From Acidobacteriota bacterium (GTDB lineage Bacteria > Acidobacteriota > UBA6911 > RPQK01 > JAJDTT01), in the NCBI GenBank assembly GCA_965217775.1, contig CBDCJH010000002.1, positions 2,368,001-2,432,000 of the forward strand: a stretch of 64,000 nucleotides of DNA, read 5' to 3'. Positions 30,386 to 40,510 of this stretch are shown in pieces. A program made the translations under genes and the position numbers. Position 1 is the first letter of the stretch; each line of letters starts with the position of its first letter. Under the pieces are notes generated by a model. The model was not told the DNA's origin and made no database searches. It was given only the letters and a program-made list of their open reading frames with translations.

Positions 30386-31373
30386 TCCCCGCACGCTCGG
30401 CCCCTGGCTGCGCCGATTCCTGGCCGAATACATCGTCACCGAGCGCAACCTCGCCCGCAACACACAGAAGAGCTACCGCGATACCTTCGCACTCCTGCTG
30501 CCGTTCGTCGGCGCCAAGGCCCGCAAGCCAGTCGAACGGATCGCGGTGCAGGACCTCACGGCCCGGCACGTGCGCCAGTTCCTCGACTATCTCGAGGATG
30601 ACCGCGGCTGCTCCGTGCAGACCCGCAACCAGCGGCTGTCGGCGATCCGCGCCTTCGCACGCTTCATCGCCAGCCGCGATCCCGAACCTATCGAGTGGAG
30701 CGGCAGTATCCGTGCGATTGCCTCGAAGAAGGCCGTGCCGAAGCCGATCGGCTGGCTCAGCAAGACCGAGATGAAGGACCTGCTCGAGGCCCCGGACCGC
30801 CGAACGCCGAGAGGCCGGGTCGAACACGCCCTGCTCCTGTTCCTCTACAACACCGGGGCACGCGTCTCCGAAACGACTCAGCTCGTGGCAGGCGATCTGC
30901 AAATCGGACGACGCGGCGGCGGGCAAGCGCTCGTCAACATCCACGGCAAGGGCCGAAAACACCGACAGTGTCCGCTGTGGCCCCGGACCGAAGCCGCGCT
31001 CACCGAGCTCTTGCAGGGACGGGCAGCCGGGGATGCCGTCTTCCTCAGCCGGCAGCGAAGAGCCTATACTCGGTTCGGAGTCTACCGGCTCGTCGAGCGC
31101 TCTGCGGCCCGCGTACCGTCGCTCGGCGGAAGGAGGATTACGCCTCACACAATCCGTCACACCAGCGCCTGCCACCTGCTCCAGGCCGGCATCGATCTGA
31201 ACACGATCCGCGCTTGGCTCGGTCATGCCAGCCTCGATACGACCAACATCTACGCCGAGATCGACCTGGAGATGAAAGCCAGGGCCATGGCGCTCTGCGA
31301 TGCCGCCGAGCCCGGATCGGATCGCCCGTGGAGGGCAAACATGGGACTGATCGCCTTCCTGGCCGCGCTCTGA
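30378..31373 (+). CDS. ritC: RitC tyrosine recombinase
   Basis: TRNQRLSAIR, YNTGARVSE, GKGRK, HTIRH, WLGHASLDTTNIY. Confidence 0.9.
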   Translation: MSDPRTLGPWLRRFLAEYIVTERNLARNTQKSYRDTFALLLPFVGAKARKPVERIAVQDLTARHVRQFLDYLEDDRGCSVQTRNQRLSAIRAFARFIASRDPEPIEWSGSIRAIASKKAVPKPIGWLSKTEMKDLLEAPDRRTPRGRVEHALLLFLYNTGARVSETTQLVAGDLQIGRRGGGQALVNIHGKGRKHRQCPLWPRTEAALTELLQGRAAGDAVFLSRQRRAYTRFGVYRLVERSAARVPSLGGRRITPHTIRHTSACHLLQAGIDLNTIRAWLGHASLDTTNIYAEIDLEMKARAMALCDAAEPGSDRPWRANMGLIAFLAAL

Positions 31374-31562
31374 GTGAAGGAGATTATGTTGCTGAGATGC
31401 GGCGTGTTCTCATGTGCAGCAGGATGATACGGACTGTCCGCCACATAATCCGGACCGCAACATATTCGATGGTCATTGACAGCTCGCGAGCGCAGATTCT
31501 TACTTCGCCATCGAACGGTCAATGCGCATTTCGACCCGCACGGCCAAGTCCGAGCTTCCTGA

Positions 31563-33146
31563 TCAGGGTCGAGTGGGAGCCGTCGTTTCCGCCAGTTCAC
31601 TTCGAATGTCAGCCGCGATCTCGTCAACCTCCCGCGCGACCTGGGGCAACCGACCAAGCATCTGTTCCAACGCGGTGACCAGTGGTAGCAATCGGTTTGC
31701 AGACGATGATTCTTGAATCAAATCAAGCGCACGCGCGGGGCCAGCCACGGCGGCAAATTGGATCAAAAGTGGCACGCAGCCTTCGGGCAAACTGTGCATC
31801 GCTGGAAGGCACGCAAGAAACTTTGCGACCTCGATCTCACCGACGATTCCCACGGGCGCCGGTGGGTCTTCCGAATATGAGTCAGGCCCCAAAAACTTAG
31901 AGGGATGTCCGATTTTGGACCGGTAGATATCTATTCTCCGGGGATAGGTCACTCCGGCCTCGGCCGGGAATGCCTCGCCTGTATCCGGCAACTCGACGGG
32001 CGAATAGTAGGACGCCATGAACTGAATCAGAGTTTCCACCGTGGAGGATGCTCCGGCGCCTCGACGGAGCAAGTAGTAGATGTTGTACAGACGCTCGGTC
32101 AAATAGTACTGCCTGCGCCAGGCGGTGCCTCCTGTGACGGTCACTGAACCGCGCTGGACGAGACGCCGGAGCAGAGCGCTGCAGCGGTTCGTGTCGAGGC
32201 GGGCCAAGTCGGCGATTTCCTTGGTGGCCGCCGGCTTCCACAGTCTGGCAAGTGCCAGGTAGACACGCCGTTCCTGGGCCGGCAATGAGTCGAGATGACT
32301 CTTGAAGTACGCCGTGTGATCATCGACAAGATCGAGCAAATTTCCCATTAGTTCACGTAATGAATGGCCCGCTCCAAACCGAGCGACGATGGTGAGCAAG
32401 CGGGGGCTGCCGCCAGTGAGAATCTGGAGCGCCCTGATCGACCGCGACGCAGCAGATTCTCCGGATACGGTCTGCCAAAGGGTTGTGCACTCACTCGTGT
32501 CGAGCGAATGCAGTGTGAGAATTCGAAAGAAGGTATAGAGAGCATTCTCGGGATGGTCGATCTCCTCAAACCGGCTGGTGGCGCTACCAAGAAAGAAAAT
32601 CCGAGGCTCGGTCTGGAACGTCTTTCTCAACTGCCATCCCGCGTCCGGGTCGAGCATGTCCGCGAACAACATGTTCAGATTCTCGACCACCAGCACCAGA
32701 CGTCGTCGGTGACGGTCGGCGAAATCCAGGAGCACGCCGAGACACCGCTCCGCCAGGATGCGGTCGTCCGGACTGGATCTCAGGTCTTCGCAGGTGCGGT
32801 GCAGATTGACGCCATCCGCAGGTGGTGCTTGGTCCGCGAGACGGCCAAGACATTCCAACCAGAATTCACCGCAAGTCGTAACCTCGTAGCTCTCTTCGGC
32901 GAATACGATGGGAAAGTACCGCTCCAAGTCCGAATTGCGCCGTATCTCAACTGCGACCCGCAGCAACAGATGAGTCTTGCCGCTGCCTCGCGGTCCGATG
33001 ACGATCAAATGTGGATTCGAGTTTCCGGTGCTCTCGCGCAGCGTCTCAATGATCGATTCAAATTCGTTGGTCCGCACACAAAACGATGTCACCAGTTCGT
33101 CGTCGGTCAAAAACCCCGGGTTGTATTTTTTAGTAGGTGTTCTCAT
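31563..33146 (-). CDS. AAA+/STAND-like ATPase with winged helix
   Basis: KYNPG start, GPRGSGKT, LVVENL, TGGSPR, ERLYNIYY. Confidence 0.75.
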   Translation of the reverse strand: MRTPTKKYNPGFLTDDELVTSFCVRTNEFESIIETLRESTGNSNPHLIVIGPRGSGKTHLLLRVAVEIRRNSDLERYFPIVFAEESYEVTTCGEFWLECLGRLADQAPPADGVNLHRTCEDLRSSPDDRILAERCLGVLLDFADRHRRRLVLVVENLNMLFADMLDPDAGWQLRKTFQTEPRIFFLGSATSRFEEIDHPENALYTFFRILTLHSLDTSECTTLWQTVSGESAASRSIRALQILTGGSPRLLTIVARFGAGHSLRELMGNLLDLVDDHTAYFKSHLDSLPAQERRVYLALARLWKPAATKEIADLARLDTNRCSALLRRLVQRGSVTVTGGTAWRRQYYLTERLYNIYYLLRRGAGASSTVETLIQFMASYYSPVELPDTGEAFPAEAGVTYPRRIDIYRSKIGHPSKFLGPDSYSEDPPAPVGIVGEIEVAKFLACLPAMHSLPEGCVPLLIQFAAVAGPARALDLIQESSSANRLLPLVTALEQMLGRLPQVAREVDEIAADIRSELAETTAPTRP

Positions 33147-33250
33147 CACTTCGTTTTTGGTTTCGATCGCCGCTTTTCGATCGGAATGAAGTATGCGCCG
33201 TGGCGAGCCCTCCACCAATCTTCAAGCAGACCCGAACCGATAACCGCCGG
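33146..33250 (-). pseudogene. C-terminal remnant of an upstream partner gene
   Basis: GLLEDWWRARHGAYFIPI...* with TGATG overlap to the ATPase start; no intact N-terminus. Confidence 0.45.
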
Positions 33251-33537
33251 AGGTAGACCCAGTTGCCACCTGCTTTCTTGAGTCCTTTCATGATCGGTGC
33301 CTTACGCCACCCATTCTACCAACAAAATCGTTGGCAACAAAATCGTTGGCAACTGTCGGTTTGAGGACGGCGTCGTTTCGCCAGTGCAACAGACTGCATG
33401 TTCACAGTTTCTGTCCGGCGATAAGGCCATCAGCAATCACTTGGCTTCGGGTGGATCGTTCCCACGGCGATTCAGGAACCGTCCATCAAGTGCGGACTGT
33501 TTCGGGAAGGAATTCAACGATCCGGAACCCGCCTCGA

Positions 33538-34431
33538 TCACTCCACGAAGACCGTGGCGTTCGTGGCCATGAAGCCTCGATCCTTGAACTTTTCATTGAG
33601 CCACACGACCAGGGTGTAGACCCCCTTTCGGGAGGGGATGGAGATGGTCTGGGAGAAGGACCGGCCGCGGACCTCGACCGACCCCCGGGTGCCGTCGGCG
33701 TAGCGCATTATCGAGGGCAGCCGGGTCCTGTAGATCCGCTCGTCATCGGGCAATCCGTAGGAATACGTACCCATCAACTGCGCCAGGGACATTTCTTCCG
33801 GCAGGGGTTCGTAGAAGACGGAAATCGCCTGGAGTTCGTATCCGGGCTCGAGCACCTTGCCCTTCAGTTGAATGCCGGAGGTGGGTCCCTGCTTCGTGGG
33901 AATGGGCTCCAGACTCACGTACCGCCTGGCGAAGATCTGGATCATCCGCAGACCCGCCTTGCTGTAGGCCACGCCGATCCCCACGTGGGTATGGCGGGGG
34001 TCCAGGATGTTCCGGCGGTGCTGGTCATACGGCGGTTCCTCGCCAATGAGGCCTTCGTGGCGGGAGGTCATCTCGGCCTTCACGGAGTCGAAGCTCACCT
34101 CGAAACCGGTGCTGTTCAGGCTGGAGATGTTCTCCGACGTGTGATCCGTGACCCCGCCCTGCGAATACCTCATGTAGGGCTTCCAGCCGGCCCGGTTCCA
34201 GTGGCTGGCGTAACCCTCCCGAAGCATCTCCCGGCAATGCTCGTCGGCCAGCAGGGAGAGGGGTTCGGAGTACACCACCGGGGGCGCCGAGGCCTTTTCC
34301 CGGTCCTGGTTGATGAACTCCACCACCATCAACCGCAACTCCCGGATCGATTTCTCCGTCAGCTCCCGGGCGGACGCGGTCTGGTTCCCCAACAGAACCG
34401 ACAGCAGTGAAATGCCGCAGAATAGACGCAC
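33538..34431 (-). CDS. CAP (SCP-like) domain secreted protein
   Basis: INQDR...HCREM..GYASHW...EN...HRRNIL...HVGIG; start approximate. Confidence 0.8.
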   Translation of the reverse strand: MRLFCGISLLSVLLGNQTASARELTEKSIRELRLMVVEFINQDREKASAPPVVYSEPLSLLADEHCREMLREGYASHWNRAGWKPYMRYSQGGVTDHTSENISSLNSTGFEVSFDSVKAEMTSRHEGLIGEEPPYDQHRRNILDPRHTHVGIGVAYSKAGLRMIQIFARRYVSLEPIPTKQGPTSGIQLKGKVLEPGYELQAISVFYEPLPEEMSLAQLMGTYSYGLPDDERIYRTRLPSIMRYADGTRGSVEVRGRSFSQTISIPSRKGVYTLVVWLNEKFKDRGFMATNATVFVE

Positions 34432-34509
34432 TGGTCCGATTATAGGTCGCCCCTTCAGGAACTGACCAACGTCATGTCGCAGGCACTTCGAGGTGCTATT
34501 CTCTGGAAC

Positions 34510-36186
34510 ATGACAAACTGGCCCCCGAGCGACCCCAAGCACACTTCGATCCTCAAGTCTCCCTCCCGCCGGCAGTTCCTGCGAGGAACGGGGTTGGCCC
34601 TGTCCGCATCTCTTGCCGGAGCGCTGACTGGTTGCGGAGGCAATCAGTCGGCGAAACTCGTAGAACAGCGGCGACAGGCTGCCTGGCGCCGGCGGCGCGT
34701 CATCCTGGACGATGACGGAGACCTCTGCTACAGCGAAGACGCCGAAAAGAGCGTGGAGGCCTTTCTGGCCCAGCGTTTCGTTCCCATCCTGGAAACCCCC
34801 GTGGACAGCATCGCCTGGTGCATCATGTGGGCCATCGCCATCGGCAAAGGCAAGACCCGCTACTGGGAGACCCAACAGCTCGGCAAACTCCTGAATCCGG
34901 TCATCTCCGACCCGACTCCCGTCATGGCGGAAGCCGCCCGCAGCCGGCAGATCGAACTCTTCGGGTCCCTGCGGATGAACGACACCCACGACTCCTACGG
35001 CATGCCGGCGGGCAAGCTGATCTATCCCCTCAAGGTGGAGCACCCGGAATGGCTGCTGGGGGACGAGAGCATGAAGGGGCCGGTTTTCAGCAGCCAGGCG
35101 GCCGCCATCTGGTCGGGACTGGATTACGCCGTGCCCCAGGTCCGGGAGGACCGGCTCTGGTGGATCCGGAACACGGTGGAAAAATACGACGTCGCCGGTG
35201 TCGACCTGAACTTCTTCCGCATGCCCTGGTACTTCAAGACGGGCAAGGAGGAGGAGGGAATGCCGCTCATGACCGAGCTGATCCGCTCGGCCCGCAAGGT
35301 CCTGGATCGGGAATCGGAGCGCAGGGGCCGGCCGCTGCTGCTGGGAATCCGCAGCCCGGGCACCGTGGCCGCCTGCCACCGCATCGGCATCGACATCGAG
35401 ACCTGGCTGAAGGAGGGGCTGGTGGACCGCCTCCTCATCGGCGGAGGCTACGTCCCCTTCACCAACCCGGCCGAAGAGCTGGTCCGGCTGGGCCACCGGC
35501 ACCAGGTCCCCGTCTATCCCTGCATCAACTGCGGCACCCAGATGTTCGGCTCCGATGCCGCCTTCCGGGGAGCGGCCTCCAACATCCTCTGGGCCGGGGC
35601 CGACGGCATCTATCTCTGGAACTTCCAATACCGGAGGGTGCCCAGGATCTCCTATGGACGGCCCACCGCCGAAGGGTACGAGGTCCTGAACCACATCGGC
35701 TCCAGCGGCGCGCTCCAATACCAGGACAAGACCTTCGCCATCGACTACGTGCAGACCGTGGACGTCATGGGCAACGTGGGCCCCTACTCCATCGCCAGCT
35801 ATCCGGGCCAGGTGCCGGTGGAGTTGGCGGGGAGTCTCGGTCAGGACCGGACGGCGGTCGAGATGCGGGTCGGAGACGACCTGCCCGCGGCCGAGAAGGC
35901 AGGACGGCTGAAAGGCGTGGGAATCGAAGTGGAGGTCCACAACCTGATGCCGGCCGAGCGCTTGGAGCTGACCTTGAACGAGACTCCCGTGGAGCTTCAG
36001 TCGGAAGGCGTCCGGCCACCTCGCAAAGAGGGAGAACAAGGGGTGCCGTTCCGGTCGGGGACACTATCAGCCGCCCAGGTCCGCCAGGGAATGAACCGGT
36101 TCAAGGTCGGCGTGGCGAATCGGGGCTCGCGGGCCGGCGGCAAACTGATCCTGAAGCAGATTCTTCTCCATGTCAGCTACAGCTAA
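34510..36186 (+). CDS. Tat-exported glycoside-hydrolase-like protein
   Basis: SRRQFL plus lipobox; SLRMNDTH, LDYAVPQVR, GADGIYLWN. Confidence 0.6.
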   Translation: MTNWPPSDPKHTSILKSPSRRQFLRGTGLALSASLAGALTGCGGNQSAKLVEQRRQAAWRRRRVILDDDGDLCYSEDAEKSVEAFLAQRFVPILETPVDSIAWCIMWAIAIGKGKTRYWETQQLGKLLNPVISDPTPVMAEAARSRQIELFGSLRMNDTHDSYGMPAGKLIYPLKVEHPEWLLGDESMKGPVFSSQAAAIWSGLDYAVPQVREDRLWWIRNTVEKYDVAGVDLNFFRMPWYFKTGKEEEGMPLMTELIRSARKVLDRESERRGRPLLLGIRSPGTVAACHRIGIDIETWLKEGLVDRLLIGGGYVPFTNPAEELVRLGHRHQVPVYPCINCGTQMFGSDAAFRGAASNILWAGADGIYLWNFQYRRVPRISYGRPTAEGYEVLNHIGSSGALQYQDKTFAIDYVQTVDVMGNVGPYSIASYPGQVPVELAGSLGQDRTAVEMRVGDDLPAAEKAGRLKGVGIEVEVHNLMPAERLELTLNETPVELQSEGVRPPRKEGEQGVPFRSGTLSAAQVRQGMNRFKVGVANRGSRAGGKLILKQILLHVSYS

Positions 36187-37972
36187 TTCTCCACTTTCGT
36201 CCATAGTCGGCCGTCAACCCCGCGGGACGGGAGCTGGACCCGGGCTCTTGCTCCTGTTGGGCTGTCTGTTGTTCGGCTGTTCGTCGCCCCCGGATCAGAA
36301 AGCCGGCCGGCCCAACATCATCCTCGTCATCACCGACGACCAGGGATGGGCCCAGTTGGGAAGCCATGGCGACGAGGTCCTCCGGACTCCGAACCTGGAC
36401 CGTCTGGCCGCCCAGAGCGTGGAACTGACTCGTTTCTATGTCGCTCCGGTCTGCGCCCCCACCCGGGCCAGCCTCATGACGGGCCGCTACAACTACCGGA
36501 CCGGGGTGGTGGACACGTACGTGGGACGGGCCATGATGCACTCGGACGAGGTCACTCTGGCCGAGACTCTCTCGGACACGGGTTACCGGACCGGCATCTT
36601 CGGGAAGTGGCACCTGGGGGACAACTACCCCCTCCGAGCCATGGACCAGGGCTTTCAGGAGTCGGTGGTCCACAAGGGCGGAGGCATCGGACAGCCCTCC
36701 GATCCTCCCGAAACCTCCTATTTCGATCCCATCCTCCAGCACAACGGCCAAGCCAAACCCTACTCAGGCTACTGCACCGACATCTTCTTCCGGGAGGCGC
36801 TGGACTTCATCGAACGAAATCGGGAGAATCCCTTCTTCGTCTACATCCCCACCAACGCGCCGCACTCCCCCTACGACGTTCCCGAGTCCTATCGCCAGTC
36901 CTACCTGGAGGCCGGACTGGAGGACAAGGACGCCCGGATCTACGGGATGATCACCAACATCGACGACAACGTGGGCCGGCTGCTCCAGGGGCTGGAGCGC
37001 ATGGAACTGGAGGAAAACACAATCCTCATCTTCATGACCGACAACGGGGCCACCACCCGACGCTACACCGCCGGTCTTCGGGGCCTCAAGGGCACGGTCT
37101 ACGAGGGAGGCATCCGGGTGCCCTTCCTGCTTCGCTGGCCGGCGCGCTTCCAGCCGGGCTCCGACGATCGCATCGCCGCACACATCGACCTCATGCCGAC
37201 GCTGCTGGAGGCGGCCGAAGTCGCGGCCCCCGCAACGGTCTCCTTCGACGGAGTCAGCCTCATGCCCCGGTTGGAGGGCGCCGGCGAGGCTCCCGAGGGA
37301 CGAACCCTCTTCATCCAGTCCCACCGCGGCAACGAGCCCCAACCCTTCCGCCACTTCGCCGCCATCGAGCAACGGTACAAGCTGGTCCAGCCGGTGGCTT
37401 TCCCCACGCGGGGTCTGCCCCCCGGCGAGACATTCGAGGACTATCCCCTCGAGCTGTACGACCTGGAGGCTGACCCCGGAGAGACGCACAACTTCTCAAC
37501 GGACCATCCCGGGGTCGTGGAGCGGCTGCGCTCGGCCTATGGGGACTGGCTTCAGGATGTCTCCTCCACCCGAGGCTATGCTCCGCCCCGGATCGCCGTG
37601 GGAACGCCCCACGAGGATCCCGTCATTCTCACCCGCCAGGACTGGCGGATGGTGGGTCCCGACGGATGGGGCGACTCGGACCTGGGATTCTGGGAAATCC
37701 AGGCCCATAGCGTGGGAACCTATCAGGTCCGATTCCTCTTCGGTCCAGCCTCCGAAGGCGGGACAGCCGAGTTGAAGGTTCAGCAGGTCCAAAGGAAACG
37801 ATCCTTCGACCCCGGCACGACCGAGGTCACGTTTGAGGAAGTCCCGCTGGAGGAAGGCGAGGCCCGGATCGAGGCCGTGCTTCAGATGGGCGGGAACCAA
37901 GTGGGCGTCCGTTACGTGGAAATTTCTGCTGCCAAGGACGGGGGCGGGAAAGCCTTACGGGAGATCCGGTAG
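36170..37972 (+). CDS. Arylsulfatase
   Basis: PNIILVITDDQG, CAPTR, GKWHLG. Confidence 0.93.
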   Translation: MSATANSPLSSIVGRQPRGTGAGPGLLLLLGCLLFGCSSPPDQKAGRPNIILVITDDQGWAQLGSHGDEVLRTPNLDRLAAQSVELTRFYVAPVCAPTRASLMTGRYNYRTGVVDTYVGRAMMHSDEVTLAETLSDTGYRTGIFGKWHLGDNYPLRAMDQGFQESVVHKGGGIGQPSDPPETSYFDPILQHNGQAKPYSGYCTDIFFREALDFIERNRENPFFVYIPTNAPHSPYDVPESYRQSYLEAGLEDKDARIYGMITNIDDNVGRLLQGLERMELEENTILIFMTDNGATTRRYTAGLRGLKGTVYEGGIRVPFLLRWPARFQPGSDDRIAAHIDLMPTLLEAAEVAAPATVSFDGVSLMPRLEGAGEAPEGRTLFIQSHRGNEPQPFRHFAAIEQRYKLVQPVAFPTRGLPPGETFEDYPLELYDLEADPGETHNFSTDHPGVVERLRSAYGDWLQDVSSTRGYAPPRIAVGTPHEDPVILTRQDWRMVGPDGWGDSDLGFWEIQAHSVGTYQVRFLFGPASEGGTAELKVQQVQRKRSFDPGTTEVTFEEVPLEEGEARIEAVLQMGGNQVGVRYVEISAAKDGGGKALREIR

Positions 37973-38024
37973 TTCATTCACCTTTCGTTGAAACATGTGA
38001 GACCGCCAAGCGTATAATCATTCT

Positions 38025-39755
38025 GTGAGAAAAAAGCGCAAACTCCGCACCCTCGTCACCATCATCCTGGTCCTGGCCGTTGCGGCGGCCGGCTACCACT
38101 ACCTGGGCCCCTCCGACATGCAGCCGGGCGAAGACTACCTCACGGTCCCGGTGAGCCGCGGAGAAGTGAGCCGAACCGTCAGTTCCACCGGCCTCTTACA
38201 GGCCGTGGTGACGGTTCAGGTGGGAAGTCAGGTCTCGGGACGGATCAAGGAACTCCACGCCGACTTCAACAGCGTGGTCAAGAAGGACCAGACCCTGGCC
38301 ATCATCGACCCGGCCAATTTCGAGGCCCAGTTGGAACGGGCCAAGGCTTCGTTGGCCACCGCCAAGGCCACCGTAAAGAGCGCCGCCGCCAACCTCATCA
38401 ACCGGAAGGCCGAGCTGGAGAGCGCCCGGGCCAACGTGGAGGTGGGGGAGGTCAACCTGAAGGAAGCCGAGCGCGAGTTGAAGCGAAGCCACGAGCTCTA
38501 CGAGGCCGAGGTGATCTCGGATCGCGATCTGGAGAACGCGCAAGCCCTCTTCGACCAGGCCAAGGCCCGTCTGAGCCAGAATCATGCTCAAGTCAGCCAG
38601 GTGGAAGCCTCCATCCGCTCGGCCCACGCCCAGAACGATCAAGCCGCCGCCAACGTGCAGGAGGCGACCGCCAGCCTCAAGATGGCCGACGTCAATCTGC
38701 GTTACACCACCATCACGTCACCCATCGACGGTGTCGTGATCGAGCGCAACGTGGACATCGGCCAGACCGTGGCCGCCAGCTTCCAGGCGCCCGTCCTGTT
38801 CCTGATCGCCAACGACCTGACCAAGATGCAGGTCATCGCCCAGATCGACGAAGCGGACATCGGCGCCATCTCCGAGATGGCCGAGGTCGACTTCGCGGTG
38901 GACGCCTTCCCGGGACAGAGCTTCGAGGGGAAGATCTCCGAGATCCGTCTCAGCTCCAAGCTTCCCAACTCGGACACCCAAGGAGGAAGTCAGAGCGGCG
39001 GCGGGGCCACCAACGTGGTGGTTTACAACGTGATCATCGACGTGGAGAACATGCAGCTGAAGCTCCGGCCCGCCATGACGGCCAATGTCAACTTCGTGGT
39101 CGCCCGTGAATCGGACGTGCTGACGGTCGCCAACTCGGCCCTCCGCTTTCGTCCCGAGGGGATGAGTCCGGAAGAGATCCGCGCGCTGATGCGGGGCGGC
39201 GGGGGACGGCGCCCGCCGGGCACCGGCTCCAGCACCGCCATGGCCGGTCCCGGGCCGGATCGGGCCGGCGTTTCAGAAGCTTCGGTGGGCGGCGCCCGGC
39301 AGGAGCGGAGACGATGGGGTGGAGGTCCCGGAGGGCGCCGAAGAGGCCCGCGTGGCGGTCGTGAGGAGATGTCCCACGCCGAGGTCGGCATCTCCACCAT
39401 CGAGCAGTATGGAATCCGGCCGGGACCCAAGATCCGGTTTCCCCGAGCCGAGCGGACGCGGCCCCGGCCCGGTCTGCTCTGGGTGTTGGACGAGAATGCC
39501 GAGCCCCAACCGCGCCGCGTTCTGCTGAGCATCACCGATGGGCGGGAAACGGCCATCCTGCGCGGGGATCTGGAAGAGGGTGAGAAGATCATCACCTGGA
39601 AACTGGACGAATCGGGACAGGTCCAGCGCGGCAGCACCTCGCCGTTCAGCGGCGCCTTCGGACCGCGCCGGAGCCGGAGCACGAGTAGCCGTGGCGGCGC
39701 CCGAGGGGGTGGGACCGGCACCCGAGGGGGCGGCACCGGCAGTCGAGGCCGTTGA
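38025..39755 (+). CDS. Efflux periplasmic adaptor (MacA-like)
   Basis: VGSQVSGRI, SPIDGVV, GQTVAASFQAP. Confidence 0.9.
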   Translation: MRKKRKLRTLVTIILVLAVAAAGYHYLGPSDMQPGEDYLTVPVSRGEVSRTVSSTGLLQAVVTVQVGSQVSGRIKELHADFNSVVKKDQTLAIIDPANFEAQLERAKASLATAKATVKSAAANLINRKAELESARANVEVGEVNLKEAERELKRSHELYEAEVISDRDLENAQALFDQAKARLSQNHAQVSQVEASIRSAHAQNDQAAANVQEATASLKMADVNLRYTTITSPIDGVVIERNVDIGQTVAASFQAPVLFLIANDLTKMQVIAQIDEADIGAISEMAEVDFAVDAFPGQSFEGKISEIRLSSKLPNSDTQGGSQSGGGATNVVVYNVIIDVENMQLKLRPAMTANVNFVVARESDVLTVANSALRFRPEGMSPEEIRALMRGGGGRRPPGTGSSTAMAGPGPDRAGVSEASVGGARQERRRWGGGPGGRRRGPRGGREEMSHAEVGISTIEQYGIRPGPKIRFPRAERTRPRPGLLWVLDENAEPQPRRVLLSITDGRETAILRGDLEEGEKIITWKLDESGQVQRGSTSPFSGAFGPRRSRSTSSRGGARGGGTGTRGGGTGSRGR

Positions 39756-40495
39756 TGGTTCAGGTGGCTGAAGCGCAGCAGAATCCCCCCCACACGCCTC
39801 AGGCGAACGGGGACAGTCTCCTTTCTCTGGAAAATGTCTGGAAGATCTACGATCTGGGAGAAGTCCAGGTCGAGGCTCTGAGAGGAGTCTCCCTGGAGGT
39901 GGTCCCAGGCGAGTTCGTGGCCGTCATGGGGGCCTCGGGATCGGGCAAGTCGACTCTTCTGAACCTGCTGGGGTGCCTGGACCGGCCGACCCGGGGACGG
40001 TATCGGCTGGACGGGATCGACGTCTCCACCTTCTCGGCGTCCCAGCGGGCGGACATCCGGAACCAGAAGATCGGATTCATCTTTCAGAGCTTCAACCTGC
40101 TGCCCCGCACCTCCATCTGGGAGAACGTGGAAGCCCCCATGCTCTACGCCGGCGTCGCGCGCCAGGAGCGGGCTCGCAGAATCGAGGAGGCGCTGGAAGT
40201 TGTCGGGATCCCGGAGAAGGCCCAGGTCATGCCCAATCAGCTCTCGGGCGGACAGCAGCAGCGGGTCGCCATGGCCCGGGCCCTGGTCAACCGGCCGGCC
40301 ATCCTTCTGGCCGACGAGCCGACGGGCAACCTGGACTCGGCCACGTCGGAAGAGATCCTGGGTTTCCTCGATGATCTGAACCAGGAGCAGGGCATCACCC
40401 TGATCATGGTGACCCACGAGGCTTCGATCGCGGCTCATGCCAAGCGCACGATCCAGGTGCGGGACGGGCTCATCATCAGCGACACGATCCACTAG
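39755..40495 (+). CDS. ABC ATP-binding protein (MacB/LolD-like)
   Basis: GASGSGKST, LSGGQQQR, ADEPTGNLD. Confidence 0.93.
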   Translation: MVQVAEAQQNPPHTPQANGDSLLSLENVWKIYDLGEVQVEALRGVSLEVVPGEFVAVMGASGSGKSTLLNLLGCLDRPTRGRYRLDGIDVSTFSASQRADIRNQKIGFIFQSFNLLPRTSIWENVEAPMLYAGVARQERARRIEEALEVVGIPEKAQVMPNQLSGGQQQRVAMARALVNRPAILLADEPTGNLDSATSEEILGFLDDLNQEQGITLIMVTHEASIAAHAKRTIQVRDGLIISDTIH

Positions 40496-40510
40496 TCCAG
40501 GAGAATCGTC

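Larger units (their letters stand above)
27974..31471 (+). mobile_element. RIT element (recombinase in trio)
   Basis: Three overlapping tyrosine recombinase genes; 84-bp terminal inverted repeats (27999-28082 and 31383-31466, 1 mismatch); TTCGATG at both junctions. Confidence 0.9.

Noticed and set aside
34432-36039. Long N-terminal extension of the 833-aa minus ORF
   Set aside because: Antisense shadow of the plus-strand gene in high-GC DNA; only the CAP part is credible
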